64,000 nt of DNA from Psilocybe cubensis (Eukaryota): assembly GCA_017499595.2 (NCBI GenBank), contig CM039000.1, forward strand, positions 310,001 through 374,000. The letters are read 5' to 3'. Positions 25,454 through 37,521 of the stretch are shown piece by piece. The notes beneath the pieces were generated by a model that made no database searches, was not told the DNA's origin, and saw only the letters and a program-made list of their open reading frames with translations. Both the position numbers and the translations under genes were made by a program. Positions within the stretch are counted from its first letter, which is position 1; the number at the start of each line of letters is the position of its first letter.

Positions 25454-26557
25454 TCAATCGTCTGCGGCAAAAATACCAGCAACTAGATCTAAACCTCCAA
25501 TACTCTTGCCATTTGTATCTTGTATCTCATTTTTTCTGAAAACTGCGTCCAAATCCAACTCGCAAAATGACTGGCATAGCTTGCATGCGACCCTCAGGCA
25601 TCCCTCCAACATTACCAAAGAAAAGCCAATCGCCACTAGCGCGATGGTGGGCACAAGCAGGCTAGTGGCGACACCAAATACGTCCTTTATAATGGAAAAG
25701 TATCTCGGTATAACGATACCGAGGATCAAAACGCTGATGAATGAAACCAAAGGCGCCAAGTAACGAAATACCATGGCCCTGGAGAATGCTGGGTCGCCAT
25801 CCAGGCTTCTGGCTGCGCCTTGGAGAATTTCGGCTATGCGATGGAGCCCGCTCATGGCGTCCTGTCTTCGGGCAGCTTCAAAGCTTATGTCATCTTTGCT
25901 CGTCGATGTAATCTCTGGTAAAACTCCGTTAATTACCGTGCTGTGTTCTCTAGATCTGTACGACGGGGGCGTCTTTAAATCCAACGGGGGGATTGGCCTG
26001 AAGTGAGCCACGATGTCATCTTTGAGGGATGGTTCTCGTATTTCTTCGAGGCCGAGTGCTTCTCCACTGGGAGCGGTGATAATGACAGGCGGGACCTTTG
26101 GACTCTTTGTCCTGCGCGGATTGAGTCTGCGTAGCCGCGTCAATTCTGACGGTGATTCCGGGTCTAGAGAGGCGCTTGGCTCATCATGTAGCGCCACCCC
26201 TTGCATCCTAGATAAATGCGAAAGGCTGACAGCGTACTGACGGTGATGGCGATTGTTCTCTGAGCGAGGGGGCGCCTTTGGCCCAAACAAAGATCCAAAC
26301 TGGGGAGTTTTCGGAGAGGCGTTTCCTCTCGATCTAGCTGAGAAAGTAAACGGAGAACTTCCTTTGGTAGTATTTATCGTCACGTTCCTCTGGCTTTGGG
26401 TTCGGCGAAGAGTAAAAAAGCTCCTGTCTCGAAGGCTGACGAAATATTCTCTTGGTGTACGTTGCTCCTTCTGAGGCAGTTCTGGAATGCTGTCCTGGGT
26501 ATCTGTTTCGGTGTTCGACGAAGAGAATGATTTCATGTGAAATTTGAATTTTGCCAT
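25454..26557 (-). CDS. Uncharacterised protein (367 aa) with two predicted C-terminal transmembrane helices
   Basis: Uninterrupted ORF; hydrophobic runs LAPLVSFISVLILGIVI and VATSLLVPTIALVAIGFSLVML. Confidence 0.78.
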   Translation of the reverse strand: MAKFKFHMKSFSSSNTETDTQDSIPELPQKEQRTPREYFVSLRDRSFFTLRRTQSQRNVTINTTKGSSPFTFSARSRGNASPKTPQFGSLFGPKAPPRSENNRHHRQYAVSLSHLSRMQGVALHDEPSASLDPESPSELTRLRRLNPRRTKSPKVPPVIITAPSGEALGLEEIREPSLKDDIVAHFRPIPPLDLKTPPSYRSREHSTVINGVLPEITSTSKDDISFEAARRQDAMSGLHRIAEILQGAARSLDGDPAFSRAMVFRYLAPLVSFISVLILGIVIPRYFSIIKDVFGVATSLLVPTIALVAIGFSLVMLEGCLRVACKLCQSFCELDLDAVFRKNEIQDTNGKSIGGLDLVAGIFAADD

Positions 26558-26939
26558 GCTTTAGGATAATGTGATGAGTTTTACCTATCAATATTTTAAA
26601 TTGGGAGGACGAGTTTTGTATGAGTTGTGGCTGACTATTTTGTAGGCTACGATCGAATGGCTGACATTGACAATATTTTACAATTGAAAAGGATAAAACT
26701 AGATGCCAAATCTAGCAATGACTATGATACAAATATACATACACAGGACGTCCCTGGAACACCAGAATAAAACAATTGGAACTAGTGGCGATTGGATTGG
26801 TCTCACAAATAATTGTCCAGATTTGTTGGGACGCTCACTCTTCGACGTAGTTTTGCATAACCTTCATTTCAATTTATAAATTTATACCCTCTTCTCTTTT
26901 GCATTCCGACTAAACGTACTCTTGGCGAAAACCTGACAC

Positions 26940-28337
26940 TCAAGCTGTGTCTAGGGTAATGGAATAACCGCGTGTACGCCTTTCGCGGACCTCTTCGAGA
27001 ACCTTCGCGTCCACTTTTCTTCTTACAGACATATAAAGCTTCATTATAGATTCCTCGCCCTCCTTCGTACGGTCCAATTGGCACCTCCTGTTCATCAAAT
27101 CAATCAGTTTGGAGTCTTCGAAATCGGAACATTTAGTCAGTCTGAGCGTCTTTAGCTTAGGACAAACCACCGCAGACGCCTTATTATCGGGTTGGGTGAG
27201 AGCGTCAAAAAGATATGATGTGACCAATGGCTCGTTCAGTGACTTGTAGGCGTCATCTATCCAAAGAGAAATGAGTGAGGTATTGTCGCGTAGAAAGTCA
27301 ACAAGAGTCGGTGACGTCAATCCGTGCATTTCAAAGGAAATCGAAAGGTGTTCCAGGGAGCTGATACTGCTTCTAACCTTCAAGTGACTGATGCAATCCA
27401 AGATTGATTGGCTGCTTCCTCCGCTGCATTTTCCGCACAGGAACAGTGTCCTCAAATTCGGAAGGACGAGTAAATCGAGGAGTGATTCTCGCCCGACAGG
27501 GTGCTCGAGATTCAATACCTCTAACGTCGGTATTGTGAGCAGTGAGTCAGGGGGTAGATGGCTACCTGCCTGCGTCATTGTCAGCCCGAAGCCGCTGATT
27601 GAAAGTGTCCTCAAGCGGAGGCACGAGGAAAGGAGTGAGAGCATCGAGCTAAGCGTTTCTGATCGGATCTGTTGAATATGAAGTTCCTCGAGAAAGGTAA
27701 AAACTGGGGAATCAGCGGATGGGGGAAATGAGGTACATAGTCTCGTAATAGTCGAAATGCGGTCGGTTAGAGGGATTTCTGTGGATTTGTGAGGAATGAT
27801 CCTTCCAGGAACATACATGGGCGAGACTGTCTTCAAGGAGACAAGGCGCGGAATGTCGCATGCATGCAAATTGTCTAGCTGTTCAAGAGATATAGGTGGA
27901 GCGTATATGTGAACCTTCTCCCACTGCAGAGAGAAAGGGAGCAACGTTTGGATGATCATGCTCGCAAATTGGGTGTCGTCCTTTGCGTCGAGGCCAACTG
28001 TCAGAGAAATAGAACGAGCGAGGGTGAGTCGCCGTTGTGCAAGCTCGCAAATGCCTTGATACTGAGCAATGTTGTATTCTGAGATGTACCGTGGCGTCTT
28101 AACGAAGAGCGTGTCCCACAGGAAGGGCATTCCGTATGCATATTCTCGCCATTGATGACAAACCTGAGAAAGGAGAGAAGGTGTCCGAGGTAGTATTAAT
28201 GGTTGCCGAGAGGATGTCTGTGGCTTTCTACCCCAACAGTTGAATTCATCTTCATCGAATTCAGGGGTAGTCTCGGTTTGAGAAAGAAGTAGAAAAATGG
28301 TTTGCCAGATCTCGACAGGGACTTGGGCGCACGGCAT
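26940..28337 (-). CDS. Basidiomycete-type F-box protein with LRR-like (RNI-like) C-terminus
   Basis: VPVEIWQTIF...LLSQVCHQWREYAYGMPFLW F-box pattern; repeated LxxLxL motifs; VVCPKLKTLRL...LIDLMNRR tail. Confidence 0.88.
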   Translation of the reverse strand: MPCAQVPVEIWQTIFLLLSQTETTPEFDEDEFNCWGRKPQTSSRQPLILPRTPSLLSQVCHQWREYAYGMPFLWDTLFVKTPRYISEYNIAQYQGICELAQRRLTLARSISLTVGLDAKDDTQFASMIIQTLLPFSLQWEKVHIYAPPISLEQLDNLHACDIPRLVSLKTVSPMYVPGRIIPHKSTEIPLTDRISTITRLCTSFPPSADSPVFTFLEELHIQQIRSETLSSMLSLLSSCLRLRTLSISGFGLTMTQAGSHLPPDSLLTIPTLEVLNLEHPVGRESLLDLLVLPNLRTLFLCGKCSGGSSQSILDCISHLKVRSSISSLEHLSISFEMHGLTSPTLVDFLRDNTSLISLWIDDAYKSLNEPLVTSYLFDALTQPDNKASAVVCPKLKTLRLTKCSDFEDSKLIDLMNRRCQLDRTKEGEESIMKLYMSVRRKVDAKVLEEVRERRTRGYSITLDTA

Positions 28338-29171
28338 CGTATAGCCAACAAAAACTCTCCAAATTCGAGGAGCTGCTGTGGAAAAAAATGCAGAGAAAAT
28401 GCGAGACCTTATGCTTCAAGAAGAAGGCAGGCTGAATTGGGCGTGTCTTGGAGATTCATCTTATAAAGTACAGGATTCAAGCTCCGGCCTCGATTTGGTG
28501 ACGTTTATAAAAGCGGATACATCAACTACTAACTAGGTCTGGCCTAGGTACTTCTACAGATGACAGTTGAATTCAAGAGTAAATAACAAGCTTTGCCTTG
28601 TGTTCCCCATAACCGGGGGTAAAGTGGAAGAGCCAATTCAAGATATACAATGCCAGCTGCTCACCTATTCTTAAAAAGTTCTAGAAATGACCAGAGTGGC
28701 CTCATCTGATTCTACCCAAGGTCAGCCCAAGGTGTTTGAATTTAGGTTACAGCAAAATCGTACCGAGTATTACTATCAAATTACTATGCTGCTCTCAAAT
28801 TTACCGGGTACTTCAGGGTCATTCCAGGATCAGGCTGGTGAAAATCATTGTTATATATTTTCTTGGTATTTTCGTCAAAAGAATTATCAGTAATGATAAA
28901 AGTGAAAGAATGGGCAAGGTAGATCTTTCAAAGGAGGGCTTTCAAAGCTCAGGTTCTATCCAGAACACAAATGTAACGTTATTGACTTCCAGTGGCGAAC
29001 AGAGAGGATTGTTTTACAAGTGTTTTCCTTTCTTTTCTAAATCTATGTACACGGATGGTATCTATATCATAATTATGATAATTATACTTTAGCATATAAT
29101 AACGGAGCAATGATATCATCAATATGTGGGGGTTTAGATTGGGTCATTAAGTGAGGGAAGGCTGGAGAATG

Positions 29172-31598
29172 TTAAACAGCGCATTGGGCGTGCTGCAAGT
29201 TTGTCTCGGGCAACAACTCAGGAGTAATAAGCGCCGGACGAACGTCCTCGAGCTCTGTCGCAGACGAAGTTCCATCCCTCGACATATCCACCAGCACCCA
29301 GTTAAGCACATCTTCCAAACGTTCCTTGACAGTCTCAACCGAACTGTCAGCATAGACCACAGAGTTTCGGAGGCTCATCCAGGAATAAAATACAAGAATT
29401 TTGTGGAACGACTCCAGGAAATTCAGCTTGTCCAGCGACGCCTTGAATTTCGCGCGGGATTGCGTGTGCTTCGTCATTGGCTGTTCGTTGACATTCAATT
29501 TCGAGATATGGCGCTCAATACTCTCCATTGTGTCCATAAAAGGCTCGCTGTCGTTGATATCTTGAAGCGTGACTGAAAATTTCTCCTGGTGTGCCCGTAA
29601 CAGCCGCTTAATAATTCTGGTTGTGTGGATGTCCCTCCAAGGGATCGGGGCATACAAAACTTGCACCTTATCCTCAATGCTCATCTGCGGCCACTCCTTG
29701 TCGATGAAGTCGTATGCTTGATCGGTTTGACTGAACTCCATGTATCGGACATGAGTTGGGATGCGGCCGATGTACTCGGATGCGCTGACGGCGGTGCGGA
29801 CGGTCGTCCCAGGAGGCAGAATGGCTAGAGCCTTTGCAACGATCAGCGCGTGTATGCCAATGCGGGCAAAGGAAAGAGGCTGATACGGCATCGGAAGGGT
29901 CTTGCGAAGACGACGTAAGTCTCCATCAAACAAAGTAGTCGTTGTCCCCCCCGAATCAGAGTCATGTAACCCATATCGTCCGGCACGTCCAGCAATTTGC
30001 TTTATGCTGGAAACTGGAAGCGAAATCGTAGCACCTCCTTGCCTTTTAGATAGTGCCTCGAATATCACACGCTTAATCTTCCTAAATTAAAGAATTAACA
30101 AGGGAACCGAAGGAATGACAAGACTGAGCACATACAAGTTGAGACCCATCCCAATGGCGTCGCTCCCGATCATAACGTCGAATCCAGAGTCGGGATCGTT
30201 GAATAATGATGCCTGCTCGCTACGAACTTCAGGGGGCAAACGACCATAGACGACTGCACATTTAAGACCCGTCCGATTTTCAACAGTTTTTTTCAAATCG
30301 AAGATGCTCCGTCGGCTGAATGTAACGATACAATCACCCTTCCGGACGTTAGTGACATCGCCTTGGAGACTTTTATTTTCGACGGTCAGAGGCGTGAGAC
30401 GCTCATACCGCTTTACGATGAGTTCATCTCCCGTGTGCTCGAGAAGATTTTGAACAACAGGAATCGCGGTTTCTTCACCACAAAGATGGATTTCCTTCGC
30501 AACCAAACCGAGCACGGCACTCGTCCATCCACCCCCACGGATGTCATCGCCAATCATCTGAATTTCATCGATGACAGCAACGTCGTACTTGGTCGCATAC
30601 GAGAGCATTTCAACGGTACAACTGAGCAATGTCGCACCTTCCACCATCTTTTGCTCCTCGCCCGTGATCATGTTGCAAGACCTGATATATTCTGGTTTCG
30701 GACCATACGCCGCCTTATCGTTTGGGTCCACTTCGACACCCAAGGGTACAATCTGTCCGGTGTTCAAACGATGCCAGATTTCGTGCGCAAGCAGGCGTAA
30801 AGGTCCAGCGTACACTCCAAAGTGGGCAGCTGCCAACGCTCGCAAAGCATGATGGGTCTTTCCACTGTTCGTCGGCCCGACATGCATGATAAACTTGCGC
30901 CGAAAGGTGCGCGCCTGCGGGAACTCGTCCCCTAGAAACTCTCGATTCGTCGCCTTCGTGAGAGATGCGATCCTGTCAAGTGTGCTTGTCTGTACGCCAA
31001 ACTGTGTCTCCAAGCGCTTGAGATTTTCTGGCCGCGACGCCCAAGAGAAGAAGATAGTGCTATAGATCACATCTATGCTTTTATCGTCTTGTTGATGGCT
31101 GAACCGTTCAAGGCCGTAGTGAATGTACTCTTTGGGACCAGAAAGAAACCCCGCCTCGACATCGTCGACAAAGGTGTCGAGCAACTTTCGTGCATCCCGG
31201 CCTGGGATACCGAAAAGCGCCAGGCGCTCCTGCGTCTTTGAGTTTTCGGTCCACGAAGCGACGTTGTCGTGGAAATACGGCAGCTCGTCTGCCTTCGAGA
31301 TGACTGGGATTACCGCTGGTTTGGTGACATGGCCAAAACCGTCACGGTGGTTTCCTCGAAATTCAGAGTGATGTGAAGCTCGCCAGGGATGTTGTGGAGG
31401 TTCAAATCTGGGTGACATGTGGTCTAGCCGTAAATCCATGGATGGGCGTCCTTTAGCATGGTTAATTTGGGGTTTGCGTTTGGAATGACCGCCAGAGCGG
31501 TATCGACGAAAGATGAGGGTAGATACACCTATCCATCGCTCTGGTCGAATGCATTGCGTTAACGAAAGTTGACTTGAGGCATTTAAAGAGCGTAACAT
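29172..31598 (-). CDS. SUV3: Mitochondrial ATP-dependent RNA helicase SUV3, 2 exons
   Basis: HVGPTNSGKTHHAL, GPLRLLAHEI, DEIQMIGD, HLCGE, YGRLPPEVR, SDAIGMGLNL, KQIAGRAGRYG; intron ~30082-30135; Arg/Ser-rich presequence-like N-terminus. Confidence 0.96.
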
Positions 31599-31864
31599 CT
31601 AGAATCCATGTCGTTAACAATACCATGACATAGGAAAAAAGATTGACAGCGTACCGCTAGTTTAATTGGTATCTGGTTTTTTTCCGTAAACAGAAGTTGG
31701 TATAACTCCAGAACACAACGAGATCATGGAAAATACACAGCGGTCAACCAGAGGCCAACCGTGTCCCGTAAGCTATATTTTCAAACGGGTGGAGACCTGA
31801 AAAGTTGGAAATGAGGACGAGGTTGGTGAAATTTAAAATGAAAATAATGAGTCGAGGTGTAGAG

Positions 31865-31872
31865 TCACGTGA
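31865..31872. promoter_or_regulatory. Palindromic E-box TCACGTGA in the SUV3/ATG15 divergent promoter
   Basis: GTCACGTGAT in the ~420 bp between head-to-head start codons. Confidence 0.4.
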
Positions 31873-32019
31873 TAGCTAAAATATGTCACATTGTCACTCC
31901 CTTCTGATCACGTTACATTGCATCTCGTTTCAGTCGGAGATCTAAATCCGGGCCCCAACACCCGGCCACTTCTGGAGACCTCACTTCCCTTCCTGTTCCT
32001 TACTTTTCCTGCGTTTCTT

Positions 32020-33521
32020 ATGCTTTTTGGGCTTCCAGGTACACTTCAAAGCTTGGTATTAAACTTTCTGTGGTATACGACACCTACAGAACGGAATAAT
32101 ACCCCAATCATCTTCCAGCTTCGCCACCAGCACGCTGTAACTAACACATCAAGGATTATATTCTCGGATTTCAAACCTGGGGTCTCGTTCTCGGATTCTG
32201 AGACGCAGTTCTCGGTACCTACTCTTAATGCTAAGATTCCGAGACCACACACATTCACTGCGTTAGATGGTGTACAAACGATGGGGTGGCAGGACTGGGA
32301 CATACCCGCCCCAGACATCACAAAGCGCAGCACCCTGCTTCAGCTAGGCAGCATGGCCTTCAATACCTACGCAGCCGACAACAGCACGGCTTCAGACTGG
32401 TACGACATCTCGCACGAGTGGGGATCGACGCCGTATGGATGGGAGCCGCAGGCGGACGGCATGCGCGGGCACGTCTTCGTGTCGACGGACAACTCGACCG
32501 TCGTTATTGCGATCAAGGGCACGTCGGCGGGGTGGATGGTCGGTGGTGGTGGTCCCACTGTGGGGAAGGACAAGAAGAACGATAACCTTCTGTTCTCCTG
32601 CTGCTGCGCGCGTGTGGGTCCCACGTGGTCGACGGTCTGCGATTGTTACGATGGTGGTTATCGGTGCGATACGGATTGTGTGGAGGATGCGATGAAAGAA
32701 GAGGGTTTATTCTATTCTGTTGGATTGGTGCGTGGCTATTCTGCTTTTCCTACGTGGCGCTAAATTTTTCCACAGAACCTCTATAACAATGTTACATACA
32801 TGTATCCAAACGCGAACATTTGGTTGACTGGGCACTCGCTGGGAGGAGGTTTGGCTGCTCTGATGGGAACGACGTTTGGTGCACCAGTCGTAGCCTTTGA
32901 AGCACCGGCTGAACGATTAGCATCCCAGAGACTCCATCTTCCCCGTCCGGTGCGTCCATACCCTCCATTTAAAACATCCATGACTGACTTTCTATGAACC
33001 AGCCGACAACGCATCACATCACCCATGTATACAACAACGCTGACCCCATTCCAATGGGTGCTTGCACGGGCGTCACATCCCTCTGTGCCATTGGCGGGTT
33101 TGCCCTCGAGACGCGGTGTCACGTCGGCCAAGTCATCCTGTACGACACCGTGCAGAAACTCAACTGGTCAGTCGACATCCGGAACCACGGGATCAAACTG
33201 GTCATCGACAAGCTCTTGAGCGACGACGCGGAATGGAAACCCGAATTTAACGGGGAGAAAGAAGCTGCGCCAAGTGGCTGGCTATCTGCCTTGCGCTGGG
33301 GGTGGAAGAAACGGCAGGGCGAAGAGCCGGCGGATGATGATGGGAAGGTGTACAGAGAGGTTCCTTTGGCGAGGCCTGCTATAGACGTAGAGGGTGTTGA
33401 TGGTGTTTGTACAGTGGGTCCCACGCTACTCTCTTTTGTTGTTGCTTCTGATCTCGCTCTGTAGGATTGTTATAGTTGGCAATTCGGTAGCTTCAAGAAC
33501 CGCACAGCCAAATGCAACTAA
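32020..33521 (+). CDS. ATG15: Autophagy-related vacuolar lipase Atg15, 4 exons
   Basis: [54 protein letters not shown] (lipase GxSxG), [24 protein letters not shown]. Confidence 0.95.
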
Positions 33522-33932
33522 CGATAACGAACTTGAATGAACAAATCCATTTTGTGTTATATCGTACGACTTACTTCATGCTATTTGATGTATCAACATA
33601 AACTATACCTTACGCTTTAGATTCTTAATGCAAATATACTAGACTTACGACCATGATGTTCACGAATAGATCACTCCTGTTTTAAATGTGTGTTCAGTGA
33701 CCTCAAGGCTATACTTCCCCGAAGTTGAAATCACACGACGTACTGCAACTATTCAGGATGCTAGCGGCATGAGGTGGAGCACGATGTCACTTACGTGTAC
33801 CTTTTGCCACACTTCGCCCTCGAAGCTACCCCTCGGAGGGACCATTAAATTATAAAGACCTCGTTGAAGATTTCTGCCAACTACTTGAACACCTCTACAT
33901 GCTACGACAGTGTTAGTGACGAAGCATCAAGC

Positions 33933-34944
33933 ATGGACACATCGGCACTCAATCCTCGCGCGGAAGATCCCTTCCGAAAGGCACTGGAAAAATACCCAGA
34001 AAATGTCGACATCCTGATTCCGTGAGTAAGGTTGCAAAACTGCTCAAAGTCTACTTATTCTCATGGAGAAATATAGCGTCATCGGTCGGTCTGGGGTTGG
34101 AAAAAGTGAAGTGTGTAATCCTGACTTGCAACGGTACACAGTAACACGACTAATCGCAACTGTGTCCCACCAGTTCATCAACGCTGTTCTGCGAGAAGAG
34201 TATGGACAAGGTATCAAATCTGAGCAGCTCATGGACGTGCAACACACGTTGCGTAGATGCACCGTCGACGTTAGGCTGGCTGAGCTGGGGCGCACCTCAG
34301 AAGGGAGGCGTGTAGTTCTTGTTGATACCCCGGGGTTGATCGACGGTCTTGATTCAAGAGAAAACGAAGGACTTCATGTCGAAAAGGTGGCAAATTGGTT
34401 CAAAGAAGTGTATGTGCTAGTTCATTGTCATGATATGAAATCTTGCGTTACCGAGCTCACTTAATTTCTCCTAAGTTACCGTACTCAGGATAGTGCTGTA
34501 CTCGGTGGTATCATCTATCTTCACAACCTGGCCCATGACACTTTGCATCACGAAGACCGACAGTCTCTGCTGATTCTGAAGGCGTTATGTGGAGTCAAGT
34601 CCCTTTGTAGGGTGGTCGTTGCCACGACAAGATGGGACACAATAAAAGACGAGGCCTCTATCACTTGGAAACTGCGGGATCTAGAGGAGTTCTATGGGTC
34701 AATAATCAAAGAGGGGGCGACATTTGTAAAGGAGAATCGTACCGCCAGGGAAATTGTCGCCATGGCAGTTGCAAAATATACCCCCGGTGCTCCTCTGCAG
34801 ATACAACAGGAAATGAATGAGAAGCACTCATCGTTTTCGAAAACTACCGTTGGATCCTTTTACCGGGAACCAGCCAATCTTAAGAGTGGGTTTAATGCTA
34901 TACATACCCTCACTCGCAGGATGCTCGCCTCTTTATTTGGTTGA
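33933..34944 (+). CDS. P-loop GTPase (G-domain, AIG1/MMR_HSR1-like, fungal expanded family), 4 exons
   Basis: G1 VIGRSGVGKSEFIN (spliced), G2-region RCT, G3 VVLVDTPG, LGGIIYLH, G4-like VATTRWD. Confidence 0.88.
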
Positions 34945-35283
34945 AGTACAGAATTCAATATATTCTCCGCCGAGACTAGCATTCTCTGTATTAGGTCAAC
35001 TCCATGATTTGAAGACAATACTCAAGGAGCAGATAGAAATTGGATAATTGAATATTTGTAACACATAAAGCGGACTTGATGTTTTGAGAGGCCTTTTAAA
35101 ACTGTAAATTCCAAGATTCCTTTCCAAAGGTCGAATGGGAAAGTCATATTTGGTAAATTCGATACCAAATCCGGTGCACAATTTATTTACTTGATTGACA
35201 ATTGAGCAACCAGAATAGAAACCGTTCCTGAATACACTCCAAAGAAAATTTTGAAAAACCAAGCTTAGAATCACAAAATACGC

Positions 35284-36564
35284 TTAAATTGTTGTCATAC
35301 TGTCCTCCAAGCCTTTCGCAATTGACTGGCTAACCGCTTTCTCTTTAAAGCTGACCCGCTTCGTATGCCAATCCAGCCAATCCTCTGCCCTTGCACCGTT
35401 CTTGTCGTCCAGCAAACCAACCGACACCGACACCAGGTCTGGAGTATCAATTTGCCATGAGAAAACGGTCGCCCCACACTTCCCACAGGACTCGCGATAT
35501 TTTCCCGTGCTCGCGATGTATTGCTTCAGCCCAACCGGCCTTCTATCTTCCTCAGCTAAAGACAACGGTATACAGGTATCTGGAGATACAATGTTGGCGA
35601 GGGGAATAAACGCCCATGACTGGATCTCGAATCCACTGGTGAGCCTGCAGGTGTTGCACATGCAATGCCCGGCAAGGTACTTCGTAGGCGTCGGTGTGTC
35701 CACAGGGCGCAACCACCACTTCTCGTCTTGAGGATTCGATATTTTGGACAAGTGGGATGTGCTGTGTGAGTAGAGAAGGTCTGGGTACGGAGCCGAGGGC
35801 AAGGTAGAAGCTTCTGTTGGTCGAGTGATGTCGAATTTGATTGTCCCGCAGTGACAATGTGCGTGTAGGACGTCGTCGTCTTCAGAGCCTGGCTGCTCTG
35901 GCTGCTCAGATGCAGTCCAACCGGTGGGCAATTTCTCGCTTCCAGGTCCCTCCTTGAAGAGCGTCAATTGTTTGCCGTCCACAGTGCGAAGATGGTGAGC
36001 CAATCCGCCATCCACGGTATCGCCAACCCAAATGTGATATCCAAGATTGATGATCCCTTCAGTCCTTTCCAAAGCCCCGACAGAGACGGTCCAGTGCTCT
36101 TCCTTCTCAAAAGGTCGATGAGGAACCCAGAACAGAAGGGCAGAACATGAACTGCAAAAGTAGAGCGTGACATTCGGTGAGTACGTCTCGTATTTCGTTA
36201 GATCAGAAAGGTCGTATGGGACATCCGGTGCGCTCGTGATCTCGATGGTCGGTGGAGAAAGTAGGGCAGGGGTAGTGTTTCCATTTCCATTAGCGGATCC
36301 ATTGAGTTGTGGAAGGCCTTCGTCGGATCGCTGTCTACTAACGCTTCTGCTCGCGCTTTGGCTGCGACTTTGTCGACGAGATGGCTCGCGCGCAAGAGGC
36401 GGCCCGAAAATCGAGGTTTGATGTATGGCTAACTGTCCGGAGACATGGCGGCAAGTTGTGCAATGGCAAAAATCGTCGGTAATGGGAAGTGATTCTGTTT
36501 TGAATGCCACGCGAAAGGCGTTCAGCCCGCAATGACATGATGCATTGACGTAGGTTAATGCCAT
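35284..36564 (-). CDS. Double Mss4/GFA (CENP-V-like) zinc-binding domain protein, paralogue A
   Basis: ASCHCG...FCHCTTCRH...FCSSCS, then HCHCG...HCMCNTCRL...SCGKCGATVF; intron-free CDS; apparent 5'UTR intron ~36572-36619. Confidence 0.92.
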   Translation of the reverse strand: MALTYVNASCHCGLNAFRVAFKTESLPITDDFCHCTTCRHVSGQLAIHQTSIFGPPLAREPSRRQSRSQSASRSVSRQRSDEGLPQLNGSANGNGNTTPALLSPPTIEITSAPDVPYDLSDLTKYETYSPNVTLYFCSSCSALLFWVPHRPFEKEEHWTVSVGALERTEGIINLGYHIWVGDTVDGGLAHHLRTVDGKQLTLFKEGPGSEKLPTGWTASEQPEQPGSEDDDVLHAHCHCGTIKFDITRPTEASTLPSAPYPDLLYSHSTSHLSKISNPQDEKWWLRPVDTPTPTKYLAGHCMCNTCRLTSGFEIQSWAFIPLANIVSPDTCIPLSLAEEDRRPVGLKQYIASTGKYRESCGKCGATVFSWQIDTPDLVSVSVGLLDDKNGARAEDWLDWHTKRVSFKEKAVSQSIAKGLEDSMTTI

Positions 36565-37521
36565 GACCAAACTGAAATGGTGTTAGCATGCTGCGAGAGA
36601 TTGATATATTGAAACGTACAAATTGTAGTGTCGAGTCGAGATATTCTGGCAGGTAGATCCTTCAACAGAGATTATTTAAATCAAATGCGGGTTCCACTGC
36701 TTTACGAACGATGATGTAGTGAGTGGAGTTGTACAGCGGTTATGGTGATGTTGAGGGTCGTTGCCGCCGCCTCGAGCGCTTTTATAGAACTTTATCTCCA
36801 AGTCCGTCGACCACCAAGCTAAGGCTAATCGTTTTGATATCGGCTCCGGGTCGCATCGTACAAGTTGGTGGAGTCCAGACTTTGGCCTTCGACTTGATCT
36901 GGGCGGGTTATTTTAACTCCTTTACAAGGCCGTAGGGTAACCATCGCATCGTGAAAACACCAATATCAAGCAGGCCAGACTTTTATCATGGCTGTGATAA
37001 ATGGCGATTTCGGTCGGGTCTATGGATATGTTGAAACAGAGTTTAGTAGATTTCTAAAGCCAGAATGCGATTCTGGATGCTCTGACGTACCATCGCCGCC
37101 CTTCTACTTTGTTCGAGCTCCGAGAGTCAATCCACAAATTCTTGTTGATAGCTGACTGTCCTGTGGTTGGTGGTTTGTTAATGGCATTCACCACCCGGAG
37201 CTCGTCGGATAGGTCGTCGACTGAGGATAGCAATTATTCGAAAGTTCTGGAAATTTTTCGGTTGTTGTCCTCGCTCTTGAGTTGAAAATTCGGAACTGAA
37301 CGTTGAACTTGCTTCTTGAACTCCTGACACCGTGTGCATGATGGAAGTTTATCAGGGAAGGATGACCACCGTGGTTTTTCGGCAAAAATAGCGACGACTA
37401 CCGACACAAACAAACAAAATCACGGCTGATTTCAATATTGTTTAGCTCCTAACTTCCACATTGTTCGCTTGACGAGTTTTACACGACGAGGGAACAGAAA
37501 AAAAGAGAGATCTGCGTAAAT

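Noticed and set aside
31891-32019. Track start of the ATG15 ORF at 31891
   Set aside because: It is a TTG start in CT-rich leader sequence; the first in-frame ATG is at 32020
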